Virus record (IMG/VR): IMGVR_UViG_3300033076_001141 | Coordinates: 1 to 27,057 of that record | Length of the DNA stretch: 27,057 nucleotides | Origin: a virus | Lineage: Duplodnaviria; Caudoviricetes | Reading direction: 5' to 3' (one strand) | Notes under the pieces: generated by a model | What the model was told of the DNA's origin: nothing | The model's input: the letters and a program-made list of their open reading frames with translations, nothing else | Database searches by the model: none | Translations under genes and position numbers: made by a program | Shown: positions 8,733 through 17,420 of the stretch, in pieces | Numbering within the stretch: the first letter of the stretch is position 1 | Layout: each line of letters opens with the position of its first letter

Positions 8733-8760
8733 AATTAATCCCATCAAGGAAGGTTACAGC

Positions 8761-9720
8761 ATGGCACAGCATTCATGGGTAAGTGACGGTCCAAGTGGCG
8801 TATATAAAAACCACGACCTTAGCTCGCGCATCCGTATGGCTTCGATCAAAGAAGCTAAATTTATGCAATTCGTTAAACCAGAGGAAGGTTACGGTAAGAA
8901 GAAAGGTGAGTCGGTCACGATCACTCGCGTTTCTAACGTAACAGTTCCCTCTAACGATTCGCTCTCTGAGCTTGCTCGCATTCCTGAGGACACGCTGAGC
9001 CTCAGCACTCAAGCCATCACTGTAGCTGAACGCGGTCGCGCGATTCCCTACACTAAACTCGCTATCGATCTCGCTCACTTCGACCTCGGTAACGCAATCC
9101 AGAAGAAACTGAAAGATCAGTTGAAACTGCGTCTCGACATCGCAGCTTCTGCAGCTTTCAAAGCCGGTAAGATTCTCGCAATCCCCACTGGCATCAGTGA
9201 AACTACTTTCGAGACAGACGGTGCAGCTTCTAACACTGCAGCTTCTAACTTGAACATGTACCACGTAGAAAGCGTTCGCGATTACATGTACAGCACACTG
9301 AACATCGCTCCCTACATGGACGATGACTACGTCTGTATCATGATCACTCAAGCTAAACGCGGCCTCATGCGCGATCCATCTTGGGTTGACTGGAAGAAGT
9401 ACACAGATCCCGCCGCTAAGTTCAACGGTGAAGTCGGTCGCATCGAAAACATCCGTTTCGTAGAGACTAACCACACCTCATCTCTCGCAGATGGTCTCGG
9501 AACTGGCGACATCATGGGTGAAGCAGTATTCTTCGGTGAAGATCCCGTGACCATGGCAGTAGCTGAAGATCCCCACCTAATTGCTGAAGAGAACGTCGGA
9601 AATGACTTCGGTCGTTCGAAATCAGTAGCTTGGTACGGTATCTACGGTTTCGGTCAAATCTGGTCTGACAGTGCAAACGCTGGCGAAGCTCGCGTTGTGT
9701 ACATGACTTCACAAACTTAA
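8761..9720 (+). CDS. Major capsid protein (HK97 fold, N4-gp56/P22-coat-like)
   Basis: 319 aa with strong RBS and high-expression-type codons (AAA, CGT, GCT, TCT). Motifs KKKGESVTITR, NGEVGRIENIRFVET, DFGRSKSVAWYGIYGF. Confidence 0.9.
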   Translation: MAQHSWVSDGPSGVYKNHDLSSRIRMASIKEAKFMQFVKPEEGYGKKKGESVTITRVSNVTVPSNDSLSELARIPEDTLSLSTQAITVAERGRAIPYTKLAIDLAHFDLGNAIQKKLKDQLKLRLDIAASAAFKAGKILAIPTGISETTFETDGAASNTAASNLNMYHVESVRDYMYSTLNIAPYMDDDYVCIMITQAKRGLMRDPSWVDWKKYTDPAAKFNGEVGRIENIRFVETNHTSSLADGLGTGDIMGEAVFFGEDPVTMAVAEDPHLIAEENVGNDFGRSKSVAWYGIYGFGQIWSDSANAGEARVVYMTSQT

Positions 9721-9745
9721 TTAACGAACTTTAAGGAGTTAATAA

Positions 9746-10222
9746 ATGGCTTATCCTTACGCTTACAACCGACTGGCCTTCTTTGAGCCAATCATGGACG
9801 TAGCTGGCACTTCGACTAAACCTCTCGCAGCTGTCGACATCGGTGCAGCAAACGCAACTCACGGGGAATTCGTCTGCGTAGTTCCCTGTGTATTGCGCGA
9901 AGCTAAATTCACCGTAACTCTCGAGAACGTAGTCGGCACTACAACTGCTCCCTATGTAATCCTCACCAAGTACACAACTCCAGGTGCAGGCGGATCTGCA
10001 ACCGTAGTCGGCACAGTAACTGTTCCGAACGGCGCTACTATCGGAAAGAGCTACTTCAAAAAAGATTTGAACGTAGCCTTCCAAGTCGGCGATGTAGTTC
10101 AAGTACGTCACGTCATCGGCACTGGTGGTTCAGTAGCTGGTCAAGGAACCGTAGACTGGTTCTGCGAACACAGCCCTGAAATCCGCGAGAACATGACTGA
10201 CATGGTCGCTTCGAGCACCTAA
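9746..10222 (+). CDS. Putative capsid decoration/cement protein (beta-sandwich)
   Basis: TAAGGAG RBS; immediately after the capsid gene; Val/Thr/Gly-rich with similar codon usage. Confidence 0.65.
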   Translation: MAYPYAYNRLAFFEPIMDVAGTSTKPLAAVDIGAANATHGEFVCVVPCVLREAKFTVTLENVVGTTTAPYVILTKYTTPGAGGSATVVGTVTVPNGATIGKSYFKKDLNVAFQVGDVVQVRHVIGTGGSVAGQGTVDWFCEHSPEIRENMTDMVASST

Positions 10223-10236
10223 TTAAGGGGGATTAA

Positions 10237-10584
10237 ATGGCAGATATTGCTGCGGGGGATGTAACTTACACCCCCCTAAATATGCGCAAGATGGGAAATT
10301 CGAAGAGCCAGAACCGAGTTAAAATTCAATTCGGTGACGGTGCTTTGACTGTCCCTGCTAACGGAATCCCTTTAAGCAAAGGGAAGATGGGTTGCCCCGT
10401 AACAGTCGAGTCCCTCTGGGTCGTCGATCAGGGTCTCTCCGGTTATGTTTTCCAGTACGATCAAAGTGCTGAGAAGCTAATCGTAATGTACAGCAACTCA
10501 GATGCTGCAGACGGACCTCTAATCGAAGCAGCAACCGTAGCTATCGCAGCGCAGACACTCGAAGTCGAAGTTATCGGTTGGTAA
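10237..10584 (+). CDS. Putative small virion/head protein
   Basis: GGGGG SD, 115 aa, beta-rich, ending LEVEVIGW; lies in the head module. Confidence 0.7.
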   Translation: MADIAAGDVTYTPLNMRKMGNSKSQNRVKIQFGDGALTVPANGIPLSKGKMGCPVTVESLWVVDQGLSGYVFQYDQSAEKLIVMYSNSDAADGPLIEAATVAIAAQTLEVEVIGW

Positions 10585-10605
10585 CACCGATTATCAGTTG
10601 ACTAG

Positions 10606-10642
10606 GTTTCCCCCTGTCGAAAGACTAGGGGAAACATCTTTT
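10606..10642 (+). terminator. Probable intrinsic terminator or processing hairpin after the head genes
   Basis: GTTTCCCC-CT-GTC[GAAA]GAC-TA-GGGGAAAC stem with a GNRA tetraloop, followed by a weak U-tract (ATCTTTT). Confidence 0.55.
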
Positions 10643-10655
10643 CCAGGAGTGCATC

Positions 10656-11063
10656 ATGGATTCTCAAGATCAGAAACCCAAAGGGTTTGATACTACAGTC
10701 ACGCATCGCGATCCCAAGACCGGACGAATTACTCACACTACACCCTACATCTTACGAGTCTGCGGAGAACCTGGCTCCTCAGAGAAAGCTCGTTACTGGG
10801 AACGTCCAGCCGGCTCCGGCAACCTCTTCGACAAGCACAATAACCCAATCGGTCGCTGGGTTTACGAAGAGAAGAACGTAAAAGGGAAAATGGTCAAAAT
10901 CGGCAAATACGACCCGAACGCTAAACACGTCGAATGGGTTCCGCCGCAGACAGAAGATCAAAAAATCGCATCAGAGAACGCAGCACTAAAAGCTGAACTT
11001 GCAGCACTCAAAGCGGAGAAGGAAAAACAAGCTCCGGCTAAAGTTGCAGCTAAAAAGGAGTAA
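10656..11063 (+). CDS. Hypothetical protein with C-terminal coiled coil
   Basis: AGGAG RBS; 135 aa; C-terminal ENAALKAELAALKAEKEK. Confidence 0.75.
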   Translation: MDSQDQKPKGFDTTVTHRDPKTGRITHTTPYILRVCGEPGSSEKARYWERPAGSGNLFDKHNNPIGRWVYEEKNVKGKMVKIGKYDPNAKHVEWVPPQTEDQKIASENAALKAELAALKAEKEKQAPAKVAAKKE

Positions 11064-11066
11064 TCC

Positions 11067-11381
11067 ATGCCAGTTAAAATGAAAACTCTCGCTCAAGTGA
11101 CGCTCACGACAGCGGGAACCTCGCAACGTCTAGTCGCAGCACCTAATCTCGTCCTGACTACTACTATCTCCGCCTCTCCCTCTAACTCAGGTTACATTTA
11201 CGTCGGAGATTCAAACGTCAGCTCCACTCGCTACGCAGCTCGTCTCGCAGCAGGTGAATTCGTCGTAATCGACGGACCGTCCGCAGAAGGCGGCTCAGAC
11301 AGCTTCGACCTCTACGACATCTACATCGACGGAAGCGCATCGAGTGACAAGGTCATGGTCGCTTACCAAGAAAGAGATTAA
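11067..11381 (+). CDS. Small jelly-roll-type virion protein
   Basis: AAGGAG RBS. Pattern VTLTTAGT...ISASPSNSGYIYVGDSNVS...LAAGE...IYIDG resembles small phage beta-sandwich spike/base proteins. Confidence 0.7.
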   Translation: MPVKMKTLAQVTLTTAGTSQRLVAAPNLVLTTTISASPSNSGYIYVGDSNVSSTRYAARLAAGEFVVIDGPSAEGGSDSFDLYDIYIDGSASSDKVMVAYQERD

Positions 11382-11383
11382 TC

Positions 11384-12064
11384 ATGGCAATTAAACCTGG
11401 AAGTAACGTCAATCTCACTGACTACACGACGGTTAGACCAAAGTCAGAATATATCATCTTCAGTGACTTCGTCGGACAGGACATCTCGCCCTTCGTCGCG
11501 ACTAACACAGGAACTGGAACTGCAGCGAAATCATCCGCTCTTTACGATAAAGATCACCCAGGTGCAGTGCAACTTTCGATCAGCGCAACAAACGATGCGG
11601 CTGCAATGCTCTCACCGGAATTCGCACCTGGAACTGCATTTGATTTCCGCACCGTAGTTAACATCGTCGACCTAGCAACCGTCGCGCAGGATTACACTCT
11701 CTTCTTCGGTACAATGAATACGGCTAACGCCAGTGATCCGACGAATGGGGTTTACTTCAAATACAAGCGCAGCGTTAACACTGACTGGCTTGCCTGTACG
11801 ATGGCATCGACAACTGAGACAGCAACGGACACTAACGTCGCAGTCGTCGAAGATGCTTATGTAGAACTGCGAATCGTAATCAACTCAGCAAGGACTTCCG
11901 TTCAGTACTTCATCAACGGAACCCTAGTCGCGACAAATACGAATAACATTCCTGGAGCTGCTGATTTCGCATTTGTCGGAGCAAAGGCAGTAAAAAATAA
12001 CGGCGCGACTAACCGACTATTCTACATCGATTACCTATTCTTCAAAGCTTCAGCCAGCCGATAA
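11384..12064 (+). CDS. ConA/lectin-like beta-sandwich virion protein
   Basis: YVELRIVIN...VQYFINGTLVAT...FYIDY is characteristic of concanavalin-A-like folds. Confidence 0.65.
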   Translation: MAIKPGSNVNLTDYTTVRPKSEYIIFSDFVGQDISPFVATNTGTGTAAKSSALYDKDHPGAVQLSISATNDAAAMLSPEFAPGTAFDFRTVVNIVDLATVAQDYTLFFGTMNTANASDPTNGVYFKYKRSVNTDWLACTMASTTETATDTNVAVVEDAYVELRIVINSARTSVQYFINGTLVATNTNNIPGAADFAFVGAKAVKNNGATNRLFYIDYLFFKASASR

Positions 12065-12082
12065 CCCAAGGGAGGGATTTAG

Positions 12083-13396
12083 ATGGGTCAGTTTCGAACT
12101 ACAGCAGACATCATCGATAATGCCCTCCGTAATTCCGGAGAGGTTACGAACGGCAACTCACCCTACGAGACGCAAGCACTCGACTTCATCAATCGAGTTC
12201 ACTTCACCCTCGTAGCCGGTGGAACAATCGCACTCGGTAAAGACACGACAGTTCAAATTGACGAAGCCTGGCCTTGGGCGAAATCTCGCGGTCCCTTAAT
12301 CATTGAACTGCAGCCGAAATACGATTCAGGGACTGTCACTCTGACGCAGGGGAGTGAGATCGGCTCTTTCTCCTCTGCGCCTTCTTCCTCTCTTCAGGGT
12401 TACCATCTAAAGATCGAGGGAAGGTCAGACTGGATGAAGATCGCACAGCACACTGCTGGTGCATCTGCATTTGAACTCGACGCAGCTTACACGGATGAGT
12501 CAGGATCAGGACTCAACTTCATCGCTGCGAAATTAGATTATCAGCTAGTCTCAAACTACATCATTATCAATGACTCAAACAATAAGATCCAATTTCAAAA
12601 AGCCGCAGGAACGACGCTAACTGCCTCACTGACGAATGGTTCCTACACACCCTCTGACCTCGCAACACACGTAGCGACACAGATTACGACGGCAGCGTCA
12701 GGACCGACCATCGCTGGAAGTTACTCGAGCATCACACGGAAGTTCTCCTTCACCTCGGATCTCGCCGGACCGACAATCTTTCGTATCGTAGGAGATGGAG
12801 ATCAGTCAGCTCAGTCAGCGCACCGAGTACTCGGTTTCGATGACGAGACGACCAGTTCCGCTGCGACACAGACTTCAGTCTACATCCGAGGTGGAATCTC
12901 CCGCCTGATCGAACCCTTCCGCGTACATAAGGGAAGCGGTGAGGCGATCTTCTCCCTCGACGTTGAGCGTTTTCACAGGGATTACCCTCTAAAGACCACG
13001 GAAGAGGGAACTCCTGACCGTTTCTGCGTTTACTGTGAGAATCAGGATGGAATCTACACGGTCCGCTTCAATAAATACCCGACTGAGAAGACTCGCGTTG
13101 AAATTGATAACATCGCAATTCCGAGGGACCTGAAGGATAACTCAAGCTCCATCCCCCTCGTGCCGAGGAAATGGATCGATGTCCTCGAAGACGCTGCGAC
13201 CTTCTACATCATGCTGCTGAAGAATGACGATAGAGCGCAAGTCTACGCGAATCTCTGCCAGGGGAAACTCCAAGCAATGATCAGTCAGCACCGAGGATCT
13301 CTATCCAGATCGGGCGAGTACTTCGGTCAAATCATCCCCCGAATCGAGCAGACAAACGTCAGCCGAAGAAGACTTTTCCCGCAGGATCCTTACTAA
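12083..13396 (+). CDS. Head-tail adaptor (tail tubular protein A / gp4-like) with inserted domains
   Basis: GGAGG RBS. N-terminal helices (TADIIDNALRN...ALDFINR...WPW) and C-terminal DLKDNSSSIPLVPRKWIDVLEDAA match the adaptor pattern. Its 437 aa are explained by insertions. Confidence 0.75.
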   Translation: MGQFRTTADIIDNALRNSGEVTNGNSPYETQALDFINRVHFTLVAGGTIALGKDTTVQIDEAWPWAKSRGPLIIELQPKYDSGTVTLTQGSEIGSFSSAPSSSLQGYHLKIEGRSDWMKIAQHTAGASAFELDAAYTDESGSGLNFIAAKLDYQLVSNYIIINDSNNKIQFQKAAGTTLTASLTNGSYTPSDLATHVATQITTAASGPTIAGSYSSITRKFSFTSDLAGPTIFRIVGDGDQSAQSAHRVLGFDDETTSSAATQTSVYIRGGISRLIEPFRVHKGSGEAIFSLDVERFHRDYPLKTTEEGTPDRFCVYCENQDGIYTVRFNKYPTEKTRVEIDNIAIPRDLKDNSSSIPLVPRKWIDVLEDAATFYIMLLKNDDRAQVYANLCQGKLQAMISQHRGSLSRSGEYFGQIIPRIEQTNVSRRRLFPQDPY

Positions 13397-13397
13397 T

Positions 13398-14972
13398 ATG
13401 GCTTACTCAGGAAGTATCGCAACAATCCCTCTCGGTCAGCTTGGGTTGATGACTGATTTTCCCCCAGGTGAAGTCCCAAGAGGCGCTCTCATTCTAGCAA
13501 AGAATGTCTCCTTTGAGACGGGGATGCTGACTAAAGCACCAGGCTCTCTCCGCTACAACACGCAAGTCCTTCCCGCTGGAATTGTAGCGCTCTTTGACTG
13601 GTGGCCAAATCCCTCAACTCAGAGACTCATCGCGGCCTGTGCGAACGGCTCCATCTACAGAGACATCGGAGATAGAACCTTCTCCTCAGCCGTTGCGATT
13701 AAAACAGGACTTGAAACGCCAGACCCACGCTCCATGTTCGTCGAAGGTGGTAATGAGTCTGCAGGGAGAGAGAAGAAACTCTTCTTCTTCAGTCGCGGAA
13801 ATCAACTGCAAGTCCTCACCGGAGATGAAGCAACCTTCGAAACGATCAGAGATCCAGCTGCAGACTGGACGACGCCTAATTTCCCAACCTTCGGCTTCAT
13901 CCACAGAAACAGACTCTGGGCATTCTCCAAACAAAATGCCTACGCTTCAGACTCAGGCGATCATGAGGACTTCAATACGAACTACCTCACGCAGCCAATC
14001 TTCCCAGGTGAAGGGGGAGATCTCATCGGCGGATTCGTCTTTAAAGGTCGCGCCTTCGTCTTCAAAGAGGGTGGGTTCGTTTATTACCTAGAGGACGAGG
14101 ATCCGGACTCAGATAACTGGATCTGGCGGAAACTCGCCTCAAACTTCGGTCTCTCCTCGCCTAATGGAATTGTCGAAATCCTAAACGACATGATCGCGGT
14201 GAATGAGTCAGGAAGTCCCATCAGCTACGCCGCAGTTAACGCACTGGGTGACATCGAGTCAGCTGACCTCTTTCGTAACCTTCAAATCGAGGATTACGTC
14301 AGAAACAACACCTCACTCTCAGGGATTGAGCACCTTCACGCTCTTTACTACGCGGCAAAGAAGCAAGCCTTCTTCACCTGGCGGAAGAGCTATAACTCAC
14401 AAAACGACACTCTCCTTCATATTGATTTCAACAAACAGCAGCCACGAGTGAGCTTCTGGCCAAAGGATCAGGCGAACTGTCTCGCACTCAGGAAGAGTTC
14501 AGATAAAGTCCTAAGGCCAATATACGGATCAAACGACGGTTACGTCTACCTCATGGACCGAGAGGACAGACTCGTCGGAGGCTCAGGTTACACAGGTGAA
14601 TTCAAAATCGGTCACACTGACCTCAGATTCCTCGACGAACGTATTGCGCATAAGAATAAGCTCTTCGATTACTTAGCGGTTGAGTTCCTTCCCACAGGTA
14701 GCTGGAACCTCTCAGTTGATGTCTACATCGACGGATCATTCTCCGAGACGATTGATTTCCTAATGGACGTCAGGGACGACGGTCTAGGTTCCTTCACTCT
14801 CGACTCCGATGCACTGGGGAGGGAAGAGACTCAGACAATCCAAAAGCCGCTCCACGGATCGGGGCGGCGCATTTCTTTCCACTGCAGACAATCTGGAACT
14901 AATCAAAACTTCGCGGTAGCATCACTGACAGTAGGATTCCGCGTTAGCGCCGAACAGGCAACTAGAGTTTAG
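13398..14972 (+). CDS. Tail nozzle / stabilisation protein (tail tubular B, P22 gp10-like)
   Basis: GLMTD...AKNV start, propeller-like strands (HRNRLW, FVFKEGG) and C-terminal GSGRRISF; follows the adaptor. Confidence 0.78.
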   Translation: MAYSGSIATIPLGQLGLMTDFPPGEVPRGALILAKNVSFETGMLTKAPGSLRYNTQVLPAGIVALFDWWPNPSTQRLIAACANGSIYRDIGDRTFSSAVAIKTGLETPDPRSMFVEGGNESAGREKKLFFFSRGNQLQVLTGDEATFETIRDPAADWTTPNFPTFGFIHRNRLWAFSKQNAYASDSGDHEDFNTNYLTQPIFPGEGGDLIGGFVFKGRAFVFKEGGFVYYLEDEDPDSDNWIWRKLASNFGLSSPNGIVEILNDMIAVNESGSPISYAAVNALGDIESADLFRNLQIEDYVRNNTSLSGIEHLHALYYAAKKQAFFTWRKSYNSQNDTLLHIDFNKQQPRVSFWPKDQANCLALRKSSDKVLRPIYGSNDGYVYLMDREDRLVGGSGYTGEFKIGHTDLRFLDERIAHKNKLFDYLAVEFLPTGSWNLSVDVYIDGSFSETIDFLMDVRDDGLGSFTLDSDALGREETQTIQKPLHGSGRRISFHCRQSGTNQNFAVASLTVGFRVSAEQATRV

Positions 14973-14984
14973 GGGGATTGAACT

Positions 14985-15269
14985 ATGGGTAAGCTGGACT
15001 ACGACAAGAAAAAAGGCGTCAATATGGAAAAGGAACAGGCTGACATCGATAATGATGTGTACGGTTCTTACGAAAAAGATCGTAAACTTCAAGCTAGTTT
15101 GGCGAAAACATACGAAAAGGAAAGAGCTGCCTCTGTTAAACGCAGTGGTATGCAAACTTTAGATGCCCTTGCTTGGCATAAGAACTCCAAGTCAGCTCAA
15201 GAAAAGTCAGAGGACATCGGCGAACGCCAGCGTAAAATGAACAGTCTTCGTAGACAACGTAGCAAGTAA
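14985..15269 (+). CDS. Hypothetical highly charged protein (94 aa)
   Basis: GGGGG SD and ATG; fills the gap between nozzle and fibre genes. Confidence 0.7.
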   Translation: MGKLDYDKKKGVNMEKEQADIDNDVYGSYEKDRKLQASLAKTYEKERAASVKRSGMQTLDALAWHKNSKSAQEKSEDIGERQRKMNSLRRQRSK

Positions 15270-15287
15270 CAATAGGAGTCAAGACTT

Positions 15288-17420
15288 ATGGCTGGATCAT
15301 TACAACCGCGCGTAAAGACCTGGGTTGCGACTGAAGATGTCACATACTCGGATCTCAATGCGGAGTTTGATAACGCACTTCTCGCAATGCAACCCCTCCT
15401 CATTGACGATTACTCGACTGACACGACTCAAATGCAGGTCGTAACTGACCCAGGTGAGGTCGGAACTGAGAGTAAAGCTACGACTCTCGCGGGCGAGATT
15501 GCACGTCTTCGCTTCCTGATTAAAGAGATCACGGGAGAGGATTACTGGTATGAGAGTCCAATCTCCTCTCTCATCGGACTAAGTAACGCAATCGGAACTG
15601 GGCTCACTGATAACCGACTAGTCTCTGGTCGAGTCCTCACTACTTCAGCTCAGCCTGCCTTCCTCGTGCCTGCAGGAAATGCAAGGACAGTCCGGATCGA
15701 CGGAACTCCGACGAACTTCATTTACTATGTAAACGGCAGTGAGTACTCACTGACGACTGACGTCACCCTTACTAACCTGACTGCGGCTCCTTCGACTAAT
15801 AACACCTGCCTCATCAATGATGCAGTCGCAGCGGATCAATACTGGACGAAATACGCAGGCGAGGATGGAACTGAAATCCCAGTCGATAACATGGGTTCTG
15901 AGATCTCAGCCCTCATCGGAAAATACGCTGGGTTTAAGATTAACAACGGAACGACCGATGAGTACTTCATCGCTTATGTTCGAAGCTCAACCTCACTGAC
16001 TAAGGCGCGAAGAGGTTACTTCTTCGACTCCTCAGATAACCCAATTCCCCGCATCGTTTACACAGACAATGACGTAATCACGCTCATGAAGCTGACTTGG
16101 ATTTTCGCCAAGACAGACGGCACTCTCACTGCGACTTACAACAATCCAGTCTGGAGTGATGATGAACCCTCTTCTCCTGCGATAGGGGATTACTGGTTCG
16201 ACTATTCGGCTAATAAATGGAAGGTCTACGGAGTAGGTTCCTACTCGGACGCTGATGCAATTCTCGTCGGTATGTGTCTTCAAGATGCAACGAACTGTGT
16301 TGCTGCTCGGAGTTTCGAGTTCTTCAAGCCCTACGATAATCTCAATACACTTGAACTCTTCCCTGAGTCGAACGCTAGCGTCAGAACAAGACTCCCTGGA
16401 ATGATCTCCGTCTGGGGATCGACGATTAAAAATGAATACAATCTCCACGCCTGGGACATGACAATTGATCGTGAATCAGGGGTAAGTGAGAATGCATCGA
16501 CTTATTACTATTTCTACATCACTGAAACTGGCGATAAGGTCATCAGTGATAAGAAGCCACACGATCGCAGAGGTGATCTACAGGGGTACTATCATCCGCA
16601 CCAAAGCTGGCGCTGCGTAGGATATGCATTCAATAATGCTTCATCTAATCTCACTGCGGTAAATTCTTACTACTATGCGCAAACTACGACGCCGATTCTT
16701 CACCCGCAAACAGCGGCAGCAAATATTGAAGTTATTAATCGTGTTATCCCACTTGATTCAACTAGTGGCGCGTTCACTCAATACTTACCTTCTGCGGCTT
16801 TCTGGCGCGGTCAAGTAATCACATTAATTAAAACGTCAAGTGACCTTAACCCTATTACGATTGATGCTTTCGGTGCGGAGACCATCAACGGTGCTGCAAC
16901 TATCAGTCTTAATACACAATTTGAAAGCGTTGACTTACTTAGCGATGGAAGTAACGTGTGGCTTAAAAATCGTCACATTCCTCCCTTTGGGGCTACTTAC
17001 ACGCCAACAATAAATGGATTCGGTACCGTATCTGCGGTCTCCTTCCGCTATGATCGTCGCATTAATAAATGCGCAGTCGAAGGTATTTGGACAAACGGAA
17101 CTGTTGCTGCTTCGCAAGCTCGTATTAGCCTTCCAACCGGATTGACACTTGATACTACAAGGATGATTGCCGCTCATTCAGCTATGTATGGGATTTGTTT
17201 TTCCGGTGCCGATACAACAGCTACTCAAATGCCTGGAGCCGAAGGACCTTTTGTAATTATTTATTTAAGTGGAGTCACTAATGCGGTTGGAATTTCTGAT
17301 CTCACCGATACAGATGATCCGTCAGGAATTTTTGCTGATGTTAACGGCAGTGAAATTTCAAGCAATAACCAAGTTTCCTGCGCTAGTTTTGAGGTCCCAA
17401 TCTCGGGATGGGCAGTGTGA
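15288..17420 (+). CDS. Tail fibre / receptor-binding protein
   Basis: AGGAG RBS. N-terminal anchor motif (DLNAEFDN), PSSPAIGDYWFD motif, a DSTSGAFT...ETING...SDGSNVW fibre module and a C-terminal YTPTINGFGTV...VPISGW domain. Confidence 0.8.
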   Translation: MAGSLQPRVKTWVATEDVTYSDLNAEFDNALLAMQPLLIDDYSTDTTQMQVVTDPGEVGTESKATTLAGEIARLRFLIKEITGEDYWYESPISSLIGLSNAIGTGLTDNRLVSGRVLTTSAQPAFLVPAGNARTVRIDGTPTNFIYYVNGSEYSLTTDVTLTNLTAAPSTNNTCLINDAVAADQYWTKYAGEDGTEIPVDNMGSEISALIGKYAGFKINNGTTDEYFIAYVRSSTSLTKARRGYFFDSSDNPIPRIVYTDNDVITLMKLTWIFAKTDGTLTATYNNPVWSDDEPSSPAIGDYWFDYSANKWKVYGVGSYSDADAILVGMCLQDATNCVAARSFEFFKPYDNLNTLELFPESNASVRTRLPGMISVWGSTIKNEYNLHAWDMTIDRESGVSENASTYYYFYITETGDKVISDKKPHDRRGDLQGYYHPHQSWRCVGYAFNNASSNLTAVNSYYYAQTTTPILHPQTAAANIEVINRVIPLDSTSGAFTQYLPSAAFWRGQVITLIKTSSDLNPITIDAFGAETINGAATISLNTQFESVDLLSDGSNVWLKNRHIPPFGATYTPTINGFGTVSAVSFRYDRRINKCAVEGIWTNGTVAASQARISLPTGLTLDTTRMIAAHSAMYGICFSGADTTATQMPGAEGPFVIIYLSGVTNAVGISDLTDTDDPSGIFADVNGSEISSNNQVSCASFEVPISGWAV

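Noticed and set aside
8773-9474. 233-aa antisense ORF opposite the capsid gene
   Set aside because: A mirror-frame ORF expected from the biased codon usage of a highly expressed gene; no motif or RBS.
9700-9760. Programmed frameshift or readthrough extending the capsid protein
   Set aside because: No slippery heptamer near the stop, several TAA codons follow, and the next gene has its own strong RBS.
1230-14451. Ser-rich alternative-frame + strand ORFs (1230, 1871, 6089, 7961, 13594, 14203 and others) as overprinted genes or nested spanins
   Set aside because: Scarce NTA/NTG codons leave the +1 frame open; none shows a convincing signal peptide plus lipobox.
15288-17420. Diversity-generating retroelement or invertible fibre cassette
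   Set aside because: No reverse transcriptase, recombinase, second copy of the 3' region or flanking inverted repeats seen in the window.
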